The notes below the pieces were generated by a model, which saw nothing but the letters and a program-made list of their open reading frames with translations, had not been told where the DNA came from and ran no database searches. From an uncultured Acidobacteriota bacterium (GTDB taxonomy: Bacteria > Acidobacteriota > Vicinamibacteria > Vicinamibacterales > UBA8438), in NCBI GenBank assembly GCA_913043225.1, contig CAJWLU010000004.1, positions 153,228-217,227 of the forward strand: a DNA stretch of 64,000 nucleotides, read 5' to 3'. The translations under genes were made by a program, and so were the position numbers. Shown piece by piece: positions 29,509 to 41,097 of this stretch. Position 1 is the first letter of the stretch. The number at the start of each line of letters is the position of its first letter.

Positions 29509-30519
29509 CTACTCCGCCGCACCGTCTGCCTCCGGCCGCTGGCGCCGCAGCATCAGTTCTTCAACGGCTGCCGCCGCGGAGATCTGGCCCTCCAATACCT
29601 GACTCATCTGGGTGACGATAGGTAAATCTACCTGGTGACGACGACCCAGCGCGAGCGCCGCCTCAGTCGTGCGTACACCTTCGGCCACCGTGTGCATCGC
29701 ACCTAGGATCTCCTCCAGGGGCCGTCCCCGTCCAAGCTCGACCCCAACATGGTGATTGCGACTCAATCCACCGGTACAGGTAAGAATAAGGTCCCCTAGA
29801 CCGCTTAGACCGGCCAGTGTGTCCCGTCGCCCTCCCAGTGCGTACGCAAGCCGTGAGATCTCGGCGAGTCCCCGGGTGAGCAAAGCGGCCAAGGCGTTCG
29901 GCCCCAGGTTCAACCCCTCCGCCACCCCGGCGGCGATAGCGATGACATTCTTCATGGCACCGCCCATCTCCACACCGGTCACGTCTTCACTCGCATAGAG
30001 ACGAAGTGAAGGGGATCGAAACTCCTCCTGCACCATCGCCGCCACCTTCGGCCAACGACTCGCCGCCAACACTGCGGTCGGCGCCCCACGCGCCAGCTCA
30101 CCGGCAAAGCTCGGCCCAGAAAGCACGGCTACCGGGTGATCCTGTCCTAACTCCTGGGCCATGACTTCGGACATGCGATTAAGGCTCTCCTGTTCGAACC
30201 CCTTAGTTCCACTCACCACGATGGTTTCCGCCTGCACCAGCGGAGCCAAATCGCGGAGCAGCACCCTGGTCGCATGACTCGGGACCGCCCAAACGACACA
30301 GTCGACACCCGACACCGCCTCGGGCAGCGAGGCAGTCGGCCGGACGGAGTCGGGAAACGGGATGCCAGACAGATACGTCTCGTTCGATCGAGTCTCGGCC
30401 AACCTGGAGATCAGCCCCTCATCCCGGCCCCACAACCGCACCTGCTTTCCGAGGCCTCCCAGATGCACCGCTAGAGCGGTTCCCCACCCCCCGGCTCCGA
30501 TTACGGTCACCGTCCGCAC
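29509..30519 (-). CDS. gpsA: NAD(P)H-dependent glycerol-3-phosphate dehydrogenase
   Basis: GAGGWGTALA, SGPSFA, KNVIAIA, GLGDLILTC. Confidence 0.97.
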   Translation of the reverse strand: MRTVTVIGAGGWGTALAVHLGGLGKQVRLWGRDEGLISRLAETRSNETYLSGIPFPDSVRPTASLPEAVSGVDCVVWAVPSHATRVLLRDLAPLVQAETIVVSGTKGFEQESLNRMSEVMAQELGQDHPVAVLSGPSFAGELARGAPTAVLAASRWPKVAAMVQEEFRSPSLRLYASEDVTGVEMGGAMKNVIAIAAGVAEGLNLGPNALAALLTRGLAEISRLAYALGGRRDTLAGLSGLGDLILTCTGGLSRNHHVGVELGRGRPLEEILGAMHTVAEGVRTTEAALALGRRHQVDLPIVTQMSQVLEGQISAAAAVEELMLRRQRPEADGAAE

Positions 30520-30531
30520 ACTTGCCTCCGA

Positions 30532-31143
30532 TCACTCTCGTGTTGACCCTGTACGAGCGGCGCCGTCTATCCAGCCCCGCCGCAGCCTCCGCTCAGTCCC
30601 GTTCTGGAGACGGGCGAGATTCCCGCGGTGCCGAAACACTACCAGGGCGGCGGCCCCGGCGGCGGCCACCGCTACTAGACGATTCCCATCCGTCGCCAAC
30701 ACGAGACCCGGGAGCGAGACCAGGGCGAGCAACGACCCGACCGACACATAGCGCGTCGCCCAGACTCCGAGGCCGAAAAGCGCTGCGGCCATCAACGCGG
30801 CCGGCGGCGACACGGCGGTGAACACCCCAAAGGTGGTAGCCACCCCCTTACCGCCGCGAAAACGGAGCCACGCGGGGTAGATGTGCCCGACAATGGCCGC
30901 AAGGCCCGCGGCAACAACCATCGCCTCATTGGCTCCGAACGCGCGTGCTAACCAGACCGCGGCGCCCCCCTTGGCCATGTCAAGTACTAGCACCAGTAGC
31001 CCCAGCGAGGTGCGGCGCACCCGCAAAACGTTAGCCGCCCCGAGATTGCCGCTCCCGGTCGTTCTGACCGCAGCCCCGCCGATCAGGAGGGCAAACGACA
31101 CCGAGCCCAGCAGGTAGCCAACCAGAACCGACCAGATGATCAT
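30532..31143 (-). CDS. plsY: Glycerol-3-phosphate acyltransferase
   Basis: GYLLGS, GSGNLGAAN, GHIYP, FRGGKGVAT, HRGNL. Confidence 0.95.
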   Translation of the reverse strand: MIIWSVLVGYLLGSVSFALLIGGAAVRTTGSGNLGAANVLRVRRTSLGLLVLVLDMAKGGAAVWLARAFGANEAMVVAAGLAAIVGHIYPAWLRFRGGKGVATTFGVFTAVSPPAALMAAALFGLGVWATRYVSVGSLLALVSLPGLVLATDGNRLVAVAAAGAAALVVFRHRGNLARLQNGTERRLRRGWIDGAARTGSTRE

Positions 31144-31736
31144 GGCTGCCCGCCGGAAATCTTCTGCTGCGGGAGCGGGAACCGCTCGATGAACTTGTTG
31201 CTGGCACCGCCGTAGGACAAGCGGCTCTCGTAGAGCGTGACCATCTCGACGGTCCACCGAATCAACTCGGTCGGTGACTCCGCAAGCAGTGGCTTGACGA
31301 CCGCCCGAGAAGGCTCACCGTGACGCCTGACACCGCCCAGGGTCAGGTGCAAACGATACGCGCGGATCTCAGTGGCCATGCCCAACTGCTGGAGCCGTCT
31401 ATCGAATTCGGTCTTAACGACGAACACCTCGTCCCGCCCGGTTCCCATCCCCAACCAGAACACCCGGGGCGTTCCGGAATAAGGAAACACGTCGAAACCA
31501 TCGAAGCCTGCGTGGAAGGCCGCCGTTTACCAGGCGCCCACCAGCGCACGGCGTACTTCACCGGCCGACTTCGCGTCTAATTCACCGCGGAGCCGAAACG
31601 AGGAGTGCAGCTGTTCGGACCGCATGCAGCGCATCGGAATGCCAGCCTGCTCGAACCTCTGAGCGCTGGACCGGGCAGTACGGACAGCAGCCCTCCGCGC
31701 GTCCGCGTCCAGATCCGCCGCAAGAAACAGTCGCAC
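31140..31736 (-). pseudogene. thpR: RNA 2',3'-cyclic phosphodiesterase, disrupted
   Basis: VRLFLA start, PRVFWLG, HLTLG, LYESRL; in-frame TAA at 31529-31527; first HxT motif degraded to HSS; follows cinA. Confidence 0.85.
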
Positions 31737-31758
31737 CCTCCCCCGTCCTAGTCCCGCG

Positions 31759-33048
31759 CTAGCCCCGCCGCGCCAACAGTCGCCTCCGGAGCAGACCCAG
31801 CACCGCGAGCGTGGCCATTCGCCGAACCATCGCGCGGTCTCCCGGCCACCGATAGATACGTGTCGATACCTCATCACCCGGCCCGGCCACCGCCAGACAC
31901 ACGGTTCCCACCGGCTTGGCCTCCGAACCACCATCGGGACCGGCGACACCGGTGACCCCCAAACCGACATCAGCCCCGACGACGTGACGCACCCCCTCGG
32001 CCATCGCCGCCGCCACCGGTTCGCTCACCGCACCATGCTCTGCCAGCATGGCGGCGTCTACCCCAAGGACCCGTTGTTTCGCATCGTTGGAGTAGGCCAC
32101 CACCGCACCGGCGAGGTAACGCGAACAGCCGGGGATGTCGACCAGCCGCGACGTGGCCAGACCGCCAGTGCACGACTCCGCCAGTCCTACCCGCAATCCG
32201 GCGTCGACCAAGCGCTGGCCGACCACTTCGGCCAGCGAACGACCGTCGGTGCTCAGGAGGTCTTCACCCAGTGCCGCGCTCAACTCCGCGGTGGCCACAT
32301 CCAGCACTTTGGTTGCCGTAGTGGGCGCTTCCGACCAGACCGACAGATGGAGCTCCACGAGCCCTGGAGAGGCCAGAATTGTCGTCTCGACCTTCGGCTC
32401 TGACTGTCGCCACCGATCGTAGATCGGCTGAGTTGCCTCCGCGACGTGCGACTCGCCTCGCCCCACAACCTTAAGGACCCGTCGATACAAACGTCCACTG
32501 CCCACCCGTGATTCGAGACGTTTCCGCACGACGTTGGTGAACATCGGCTCGAGCTCACGCGGAGGCCCGGGCAACAGGAGTACCACTCGTCCGCCCTGCT
32601 CGAGCCAGAGGCCGGGGGCAGTGCCGTGCGGGTTCTCCAGAACCTCGGCGCCTTCCGGGACACACGCCTGGCGGCGGTTGTTCTCAGGCATTCGCCACCC
32701 TCGGGCCGAAAACCGTGCCGCCAGAGCTGCGACTAGTACCGGGTCCTCGAGCAGGGGACGTTCAAGAAGCGCCGCGACCGTCTCTCGCGTCACATCATCG
32801 TCGGTTGGACCGAGCCCTCCCGAAAGCAGGACCAGACTGACTCTTCGGAGCGCCCCCTGCACCGCATCCCGCAAGACCGCTGGATCATCGCCAACAAGGG
32901 ACTTCCGCTCGACGGCGATCCCGAGTTCGTTCAGCCCGGCGGTCAAGAACAGGGAGTTGGTGTCGGTCTTGAACGGAGTCAGTAGCTCCGAACCCACCGC
33001 AATGATCTCGGCTAAACCTCCCCCGGATCTCCCCCAGGTGTTCACCAC
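31759..33048 (-). CDS. cinA: CinA (molybdopterin-binding domain plus PncC domain)
   Basis: VGSELL, GGLGPTDDD, AESCTGG, GAVSE, TGVAGPDGG. Confidence 0.95.
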   Translation of the reverse strand: MVNTWGRSGGGLAEIIAVGSELLTPFKTDTNSLFLTAGLNELGIAVERKSLVGDDPAVLRDAVQGALRRVSLVLLSGGLGPTDDDVTRETVAALLERPLLEDPVLVAALAARFSARGWRMPENNRRQACVPEGAEVLENPHGTAPGLWLEQGGRVVLLLPGPPRELEPMFTNVVRKRLESRVGSGRLYRRVLKVVGRGESHVAEATQPIYDRWRQSEPKVETTILASPGLVELHLSVWSEAPTTATKVLDVATAELSAALGEDLLSTDGRSLAEVVGQRLVDAGLRVGLAESCTGGLATSRLVDIPGCSRYLAGAVVAYSNDAKQRVLGVDAAMLAEHGAVSEPVAAAMAEGVRHVVGADVGLGVTGVAGPDGGSEAKPVGTVCLAVAGPGDEVSTRIYRWPGDRAMVRRMATLAVLGLLRRRLLARRG

Positions 33049-33515
33049 AGCCCTCCTACGGCGAGCAGCGCTCGAAGCACCAACTGGGCATAGATCCCGG
33101 CGATAACGTCATCTGCCATGACCCCCCATCCCCCCGGCAACCGTTCAGCGTGACGTGCCGGAAACGGCTTCAGGATGTCAAACACTCGAAACAGGGCAAA
33201 GGCCAGCACCGCTCCACCGACCCCCACCGGAACCGCCATTAAGGTCACCAGCATGCCGGCGACCTCGTCGATCACAATGACCCCAGGATCTCTCCGTTGA
33301 TAGGCGGTCTCGGTAACTCGCGACGCCAGCACCCCAACCGACAGTACGACCGCCAGGAGGGCGGGCTCGAGCCAGCCCCAGCCATTGGCACGCAGGAGCC
33401 ACACCAGAGCCAGCCCCGCAAAGGAACCGACGGTGCCTGGCGCGACCGGCACGAAGCCGCATGGCCCGACAGCGGCCACGAGGACCCCAAGACGCAAGCG
33501 CGACTCCTTTCCCAC
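33042..33515 (-). CDS. pgpA: Phosphatidylglycerophosphatase A
   Basis: APGTVGS, DPGVIVIDEVAG, FRVFDILKP, MADDVIAG. Confidence 0.95.
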   Translation of the reverse strand: MGKESRLRLGVLVAAVGPCGFVPVAPGTVGSFAGLALVWLLRANGWGWLEPALLAVVLSVGVLASRVTETAYQRRDPGVIVIDEVAGMLVTLMAVPVGVGGAVLAFALFRVFDILKPFPARHAERLPGGWGVMADDVIAGIYAQLVLRALLAVGGLW

Positions 33516-33519
33516 CTCG

Positions 33520-34293
33520 CTACGCGGCCCGCTCAGGCCCTGCGGAAACGGGACGCACCCGGGTCCCAGTGAGTCGGTCGTGCAGCGTCCGTCCTTCTTG
33601 GTCGAACACCATGCACAGCCAACCGAGACCGAGCGTCGCCACCGACAAAGCTCCTCCCACCATCCGATACGTCGCCGTGGAGATCGGGACTAGCCGCCCA
33701 CCAGTATCGACGACCCGGAGGCCGAACAGCATCTTCCCGAACGTCTGACCACCAGCCGCCGTCAACAGCACCAGATAGCTCGCGTCAAGCAGCAACAAAA
33801 ACAGGCTCAACGGCAGCCAGCGAAGTTGTCCCGCCAATCCGATGTCGAGTCCAGCGAGCCGCAAAGTAAGGACGAGCACCAAGAAGTTCACTGTAACGAT
33901 GAGCAGCAGGTCGAAGAGCGCAGCCCCACACCGCGAAACCACCCCCGCGGCCCGCGCCTTCGACGCGCCCGGTGTCGATTCCTGACGGCTAGCCTCCTCG
34001 GAATCGGACATGGCGCCGGTACGGGAGTCAGATCCTGGGCCAAGTCGAAACGCATTAGCCGTTGGCGTCGGTCGCCTAACTCCCGGAGGGACCCGTGACT
34101 CGGGCTGGCGTGGCGACGCCTCCACCGAGTCTGAGGGAAACAACGGCAGCGACGAGGGTGTCGCCAGGGGCGGTCCGTCGCCTCGGTGCGGTGACGAAGC
34201 GGAACGCCGCCGCCCGGCGGACCGCCCCCCGCCCGAGCCAGGCTGCCTCTCTGACGGGAGGTCCTCACGCGACGGCTGGCGAGACGGTGTCAC
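33520..34293 (-). CDS. RDD-family membrane protein with a disordered N-terminus
   Basis: AALFD, GQTFGKML, LHDRLTGT. Confidence 0.85.
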   Translation of the reverse strand: MTPSRQPSREDLPSERQPGSGGGRSAGRRRSASSPHRGDGPPLATPSSLPLFPSDSVEASPRQPESRVPPGVRRPTPTANAFRLGPGSDSRTGAMSDSEEASRQESTPGASKARAAGVVSRCGAALFDLLLIVTVNFLVLVLTLRLAGLDIGLAGQLRWLPLSLFLLLLDASYLVLLTAAGGQTFGKMLFGLRVVDTGGRLVPISTATYRMVGGALSVATLGLGWLCMVFDQEGRTLHDRLTGTRVRPVSAGPERAA

Positions 34294-34718
34294 GATCGTC
34301 CGGACTCGCTGCCGGACCCGGCCGTGTGTCCTTGCGCGGCGACCGAAGACAAGAGGGCACCCAGGGCCGCTCGTTGAAATTCAACTCTCATGCGATCGAC
34401 ATCGACTCGATCGTCGTCCCCCACTCCGACACGAGAAAGCACCCCGAGTCCGTCGACAAATCGCCCCTCGGCGGCAAGTGCTTCGGACTCGCGTAACAGA
34501 GCGGCCACTGCCGCCCGGGCCCTGTCGATGCAGTCACACGCGAGAGGATGGTCACGGTCCAGTAACGGTACCCTGGCCCAGACGTCGATCGCAGGTTCGA
34601 ACTGGCCGCGGAAGTAGTGGGCGAGACCGGAGCGCAACAACTCCGCGATCCTAACGTCTCTGTCGGCAGGAAGCTGCTCGCTGACCTGGGTCGAAGACTG
34701 GGTCGCGGGATCGGCCAT
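34290..34718 (-). CDS. Hypothetical TPR-like protein, possibly eroded
   Basis: GLAHYFRGQFEPAIDVW TPR-like helix pair; stop overlaps the RDD start. Confidence 0.6.
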   Translation of the reverse strand: MADPATQSSTQVSEQLPADRDVRIAELLRSGLAHYFRGQFEPAIDVWARVPLLDRDHPLACDCIDRARAAVAALLRESEALAAEGRFVDGLGVLSRVGVGDDDRVDVDRMRVEFQRAALGALLSSVAAQGHTAGSGSESGRS

Positions 34719-34812
34719 GAGACGAGACCGGCAGGGACATCAGTGACCCTCGGGCGACGATTATGAGCTACCGCTGGATCGGCGTCAACGGCGACTGTGC
34801 TATACGTGCGCC

Positions 34813-35739
34813 ATGCCGCTGATCGAGGTAGTACCCAATATCAGTGAGGGCCGGCGCCCCGACATCGTCGCGGCACTCGCGGCCACATTCCACGACGCGG
34901 CCGACGTCACGCTGCTCGATTACTCCTCCGACGCCACACACAACCGCTCAGTCTTCACGGCCGTCGGTGAGCCAGCCCCCCTCATCCTCGCGCTACTCGC
35001 GATGTATACCGCCGCCCTCACCCGGATAGATCTTCGCCAGCACCAGGGAGTGCACCCCCGGGTCGGCGCCGTCGACGTAACGCCGTTCGTGCCACTTACA
35101 CCGGACGACTTACCTTGCTGCGTTGACGCAGCTCACGCCCTCGGGCATGAAGTAGCCGCCAGATTCGGCCTCCCGGTCTTCTTCTACGAGGCCGCTGCAC
35201 GCGCGCCGCACCGGAGACCGCTCGAAGCTCTTCGGAGGGGCGGTCTGTCCGGGCTCACTGCGCGGCTGGCTGACGCACTCTGGACACCGGATTGCGGCCC
35301 CTCTTCCCCCCATCCTACTGGAGGCGTTACCGTCATTGGATCCCGGCTCCCGCTCGTCGCCTTCAACGTGCAGCTGGCCACGGAAGACCTTGAACTCGCC
35401 CGACGAATCGCCCGCGCGGTCCGAACCTCAGGCGGCGGTCTGCCGGCGGTCAAGGCGATCGGCGTCGCCACGGCCGACCCGCACATCGTGCAGGTCTCGA
35501 TGAACCTAGTGGACTATAGCCGCACGTCGGTCTGGGAGGCGTTTGAAGCTGTCTCACGAGAGGCGGAACGCTCGGGCGTCAACGTGCACGACAGCGAGAT
35601 CATCGGACTGGCGCCCTCCGCAGCGCTCCTCGATGCCGCCACTACTGCACTGCGACTCAGAGCGTTCAAATCGCACCGACTTCTAGAGTGTCGCCTTCAG
35701 ACCGCCCGCTCGGCGCCTCCGCCTGACGAGGCGACCTGA
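34813..35739 (+). CDS. ftcD: Glutamate formiminotransferase (FT domain only)
   Basis: EVVPNISEGR, HNRSVFT, GVHPRVGAVDV, QVSMNL, SEIIGL. Confidence 0.92.
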   Translation: MPLIEVVPNISEGRRPDIVAALAATFHDAADVTLLDYSSDATHNRSVFTAVGEPAPLILALLAMYTAALTRIDLRQHQGVHPRVGAVDVTPFVPLTPDDLPCCVDAAHALGHEVAARFGLPVFFYEAAARAPHRRPLEALRRGGLSGLTARLADALWTPDCGPSSPHPTGGVTVIGSRLPLVAFNVQLATEDLELARRIARAVRTSGGGLPAVKAIGVATADPHIVQVSMNLVDYSRTSVWEAFEAVSREAERSGVNVHDSEIIGLAPSAALLDAATTALRLRAFKSHRLLECRLQTARSAPPPDEAT

Positions 35740-35765
35740 TCACGAAGCCACTGACCGTCCCGATT

Positions 35766-36224
35766 TCATTCCTTGGTGTCCAGCAGGTCGTGGAGCTCGG
35801 TCATGAATTCCCCGATATCTCGAAAATGACGATACACCGAGGCAAAGCGAACGTAGGCGACTTTGTCCAGCTGCTTCAGCTCCTGCATCACGAAGGCACC
35901 CACCTCCGCTGTCGGCATCTCCTTTTCCGGCCGCTCCTGCAGAATAGCCTCGACGCGGTCAGCAATCGCCTCGACCGCCGCCACAGACACCGGCCGTTTC
36001 TCGCAGGCCTTGAGCATGCCTCCAGTCACCTTCAGGCGGTCGAACCGCTCTCGGCTCCCGTCCTTCTTCACCACCATGTACGGGATCTCGTCGATCCGCT
36101 CATAGCTGGTGAACCGCCGGCCGCAGTCCTGGCATTCGCGACGGCGGCGAATGACTTCGCCCTCCCTGCTCTCGCGAGAGTCGACGACCTTGTCGCCGAG
36201 ATGGCCGCAGAACGGACACTTCAT
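35766..36224 (-). CDS. nrdR: Transcriptional repressor NrdR
   Basis: [26 protein letters not shown]. Confidence 0.97.
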   Translation of the reverse strand: MKCPFCGHLGDKVVDSRESREGEVIRRRRECQDCGRRFTSYERIDEIPYMVVKKDGSRERFDRLKVTGGMLKACEKRPVSVAAVEAIADRVEAILQERPEKEMPTAEVGAFVMQELKQLDKVAYVRFASVYRHFRDIGEFMTELHDLLDTKE

Positions 36225-36249
36225 CGCTGCCCTCCCCTCGTCACCATTC

Positions 36250-37350
36250 TCACGCCTCGCCGCGGCCCGTTGTGCCGATGGCCGCTGACATAGGTGCTCC
36301 CGAACCTGGCTCCGCGGCTTCCGTCGCCGACGACGCCTGCCCGTCTTCACCGGCGAGATCGACAGCCGCGCGCCAGGTCAGTCCCTCGCGCGCCATTAAC
36401 ACAATGCCGAGCGCCGTGATCGGTCCGAACGACAGCGCGTGCAAGACGAGAGCCGCCCCCACCGCCGCGTCGACCGGGGCACCGTAGAAGCTGGTCGTCC
36501 CGATCTGGAAGAGCGCATGGAACCCGCCGACACCGGCGGGCGTCGGCACCGCCACCCCCAGTACCATCAGAACCATCACGAGCAACGCCCCGCTAAGTGG
36601 CAGCGCGATCCCGAACGCCTGGCAAATCGTCCAGGCCGAAGCCGCGACCGCCAACCAGAGTGGCACTGACCACAGCAGCCCAAAACCCAACCGCAGAGGC
36701 TGACCAGCCACCGCGAACCCAGCGCTGAACCTGGCCAAGAACTGATACGCTGCCCGGCCGAGTCGCCCCGGCAGCCACTGCTCGACCCGGGTACACAGCG
36801 ATGCCGTTCGCTCTGGCGCACCGGCCATCCACATCACAACAACCAGGGCCATAACCGCGCCACCAGCCGCCGCCAGCCCTCCCAGCTTGAGCGGCGCCAG
36901 CATCGACTCATCTGTGTTCACGACCGTGTCGCCAAAGATGGTCAAGAAGACCCCGAGCAGAAGCACCACCGTGATGAGGTCGAGTAACCGCTCAAGCACC
37001 ACCGTTGCGAACGCCGCGCTAGCCGTGATGCTAGTCTTCCGTGCTAGGAGATAGGGGCGCAACACCTCACCAAGACGACCGGGCAGGACCGACGAAGTGG
37101 CGAAACCAATCACCGTCGCCCTAGCGGCGGAGCCGAATGGGACCGAGGCGATCGGAGCCAGCAGCAGCTGCCACCGCCAGATCCGAGCGAGATAGGTCAC
37201 GACGATCGCCACACAGGTCGCAACGACCATCGAGAATCGAGCGCGCGTGATCTCGGACCACACCGATGCCAAGTCGGCGTTGCGTAGAAAGAACGCCATC
37301 AGTCCAACCACCAGGAAGACGATGGCACCGGATTTCAGGACATCACGCAT
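36250..37350 (-). CDS. UPF0104 / lysylphosphatidylglycerol synthase TM-domain (flippase-like) protein
   Basis: [29 protein letters not shown]. Confidence 0.88.
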   Translation of the reverse strand: MRDVLKSGAIVFLVVGLMAFFLRNADLASVWSEITRARFSMVVATCVAIVVTYLARIWRWQLLLAPIASVPFGSAARATVIGFATSSVLPGRLGEVLRPYLLARKTSITASAAFATVVLERLLDLITVVLLLGVFLTIFGDTVVNTDESMLAPLKLGGLAAAGGAVMALVVVMWMAGAPERTASLCTRVEQWLPGRLGRAAYQFLARFSAGFAVAGQPLRLGFGLLWSVPLWLAVAASAWTICQAFGIALPLSGALLVMVLMVLGVAVPTPAGVGGFHALFQIGTTSFYGAPVDAAVGAALVLHALSFGPITALGIVLMAREGLTWRAAVDLAGEDGQASSATEAAEPGSGAPMSAAIGTTGRGEA

Positions 37351-37626
37351 GGATACCTCGCCCACGCGGCCGGCCATTGCACCTGCTGGAACATTGCGCC
37401 GGGTCAAGATCTTCCTGACGACAGAGGAAACGAACCGGCGCCGGACGGCAGGCAACGGACCCGCACGCGAAGGATGCGTGCGCCCGGTTCAGGGACAAGC
37501 GGCGCAAGTCATCCGACTGTACTACAACGACCGACACGCGTCTGCCGTCGCTTTCGATTTTCTCGCTTGCCGCACACGTGGCTCTTCAGTAAGCTAAGCG
37601 CTCTTAGCGCGCCTATTGAGGATCCC

Positions 37627-38568
37627 GTGACGTCCGCACCTCCCCTCTTTGAAACGTCTCTTAACGGCCTGACTCATCAACGTCGCGGCAAGGTCCGGGA
37701 CATGTATGAGGTCGGCGATCATCTGTTGATGGTCGCCACCGATCGGATCTCGGCGTACGACCTGGTGTTGGGCTCGGTCATTCCAGACAAGGGCAAAGTG
37801 CTGACCCAGTTGTCAGCCTTCTGGTTCCGTCGGACCGGCGACCTCGTCCCCAATCACATGGTGTCGACCGACCCGGATGAGTACCCCGACCAGTGCCGAC
37901 CCCATGCAGATCTGCTACGTGGGCGTTCGATGCTCGTGCGAAAGACCTATCCGATCCCAGTGGAGTGTGTGGCCCGCGGCTATCTCGCCGGATCGGGCTG
38001 GGCCGACTACAAACGGACCGGCGCGGTCTGCGGCATCTCGCTGCCCGAGGGCATGACTCAATCTCAGCGGCTCCCCGAACCGATCTTCACTCCCGCCACT
38101 AAGGCGGAGACCGGGCACGACGAGAACATCAGCGCAGACGAGGCGGCCGACATCATCGGCCCGCGGCTCCTGGAGCAGCTCCGCACGCTGACAATCCAAC
38201 TCTACAGCCATGGTGCCGCGCACGCCGAAACGTGCGGCATCATCGTGGCCGACACGAAGTTCGAGTTCGGCTTGGTCCGCGCCCCCGGGTTCGACGGCCC
38301 CACGAACGCCGACCTTGGGGAGGGCGACGAGGTCGTTCTCATCGACGAGGTCTTGACGCCGGACTCCTCACGTTTCTGGCCGCAGGACATCTACCAGGCC
38401 GGAGCGGCACAACCCAGCTTCGACAAACAGTTCGTCCGGGATCATCTCGACGAACTGGCCTGGAACCGCCAGCCACCGGCGCCCTCGCTCCCCGATGAGG
38501 TCGTTCGGCGAACCCGCGAGAAGTATCTCGAGGCCTACCGTCTATTGGCGGGCCACGAACTGGACTAG
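37627..38568 (+). CDS. purC: SAICAR synthase
   Basis: GKVRDMY, DRISAYD, ECVARGY, DTKFEFG, DEVLTPDSSRFW. Confidence 0.97.
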   Translation: MTSAPPLFETSLNGLTHQRRGKVRDMYEVGDHLLMVATDRISAYDLVLGSVIPDKGKVLTQLSAFWFRRTGDLVPNHMVSTDPDEYPDQCRPHADLLRGRSMLVRKTYPIPVECVARGYLAGSGWADYKRTGAVCGISLPEGMTQSQRLPEPIFTPATKAETGHDENISADEAADIIGPRLLEQLRTLTIQLYSHGAAHAETCGIIVADTKFEFGLVRAPGFDGPTNADLGEGDEVVLIDEVLTPDSSRFWPQDIYQAGAAQPSFDKQFVRDHLDELAWNRQPPAPSLPDEVVRRTREKYLEAYRLLAGHELD

Positions 38569-38604
38569 CCATCCGCCACCGGGCGGCCGGACGAGGGAAC
38601 GAGA

Positions 38605-38814
38605 GTGCGCGATCAGCTCTATCGGTTGGTGGATGAGATGGTGGCCAAGGGCATCCTGTATGAGGATGCCCGACAGGAGTTCGAACGGCGGTTCATCAGC
38701 AGAGCGCTTGCCCGTTCAAAGGGCAACGTAGGTCGCGCCGCCAAGATGATCGGCATCCACCGCAACACCCTGAGCCGCAAAGTCTCGGCCTACCGTCTCA
38801 AGCGTACCGGGTGA
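38605..38814 (+). CDS. Fis-family HTH protein
   Basis: GNVGRAAKMIGIHRNTLSRK. Confidence 0.9.
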   Translation: MRDQLYRLVDEMVAKGILYEDARQEFERRFISRALARSKGNVGRAAKMIGIHRNTLSRKVSAYRLKRTG

Positions 38815-38836
38815 TCCCAAAGTCCACCGCTCGTGG

Positions 38837-38866
38837 TTGACACCCCGGCTCGTCACTCACTACAAT
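38837..38866 (+). promoter_or_regulatory. Sigma70 promoter of groESL
   Basis: TTGACA-18 nt-TACAAT. Confidence 0.8.
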
Positions 38867-38892
38867 TAGCAGTCGGCCACTGAGAGTGCTAA
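38866..38892 (+). promoter_or_regulatory. CIRCE element (HrcA operator)
   Basis: TTAGCAGTC-N9-GAGTGCTAA, one mismatch to consensus. Confidence 0.93.
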
Positions 38893-38958
38893 CGCCCCTG
38901 GTGCAACGCCTGCCCAGAGGGCTCTTTTTTAACTATCCAAGGGAGTCGGAACAGAACC

Positions 38959-39252
38959 ATGGGAATCAAGGTACGACCACTGCACGACCGCATCATCGTT
39001 GAGCGCCTCGAGGAAGAGGAACAAGAGGTCGGCGGCATCATCATCCCTGACACTGCGAAAGAGAAGCCCCAACAGGGCAAGGTCGTAGCCGTGGGCAAGG
39101 GCAAGGTCAAGGACGACGGCGGCATTGCCCCGATGGACGTCAAGGACGGCGACACCATTCTCTTCGGCAAGTACTCCGGCCAGGAGATCAAGCTGGACGG
39201 CGAGGAGTATCTGATCATGCGCGAGGACGAGGTCCTCGGCGTCGTCGACTAA
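38959..39252 (+). CDS. groES: Co-chaperonin GroES
   Basis: [22 protein letters not shown]. Confidence 0.98.
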   Translation: MGIKVRPLHDRIIVERLEEEEQEVGGIIIPDTAKEKPQQGKVVAVGKGKVKDDGGIAPMDVKDGDTILFGKYSGQEIKLDGEEYLIMREDEVLGVVD

Positions 39253-39324
39253 CCCCACGAGCAACTTTGAAGACGGCGCCGGTCCCGATCGGTCGTTCCG
39301 GTCTGACCGCCGTCGACGCACTGA

Positions 39325-40998
<1,674 letters not shown>

Positions 40999-41026
40999 TC
41001 GCTGCCTGAACACTCCCGTACGAACG

Positions 41027-41068
41027 ACGGGGCGGGCTCCTCCTAGGGGCCCGCCCCGTTTTCTTTTT
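41027..41068 (+). terminator. Rho-independent terminator after groEL
   Basis: Stem ACGGGGCGGGCTCC / GGGGCCCGCCCCGT followed by a T-tract. Confidence 0.88.
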
Positions 41069-41097
41069 GCCGTGCCTCGTCAGCGGACGTCGCCGCC

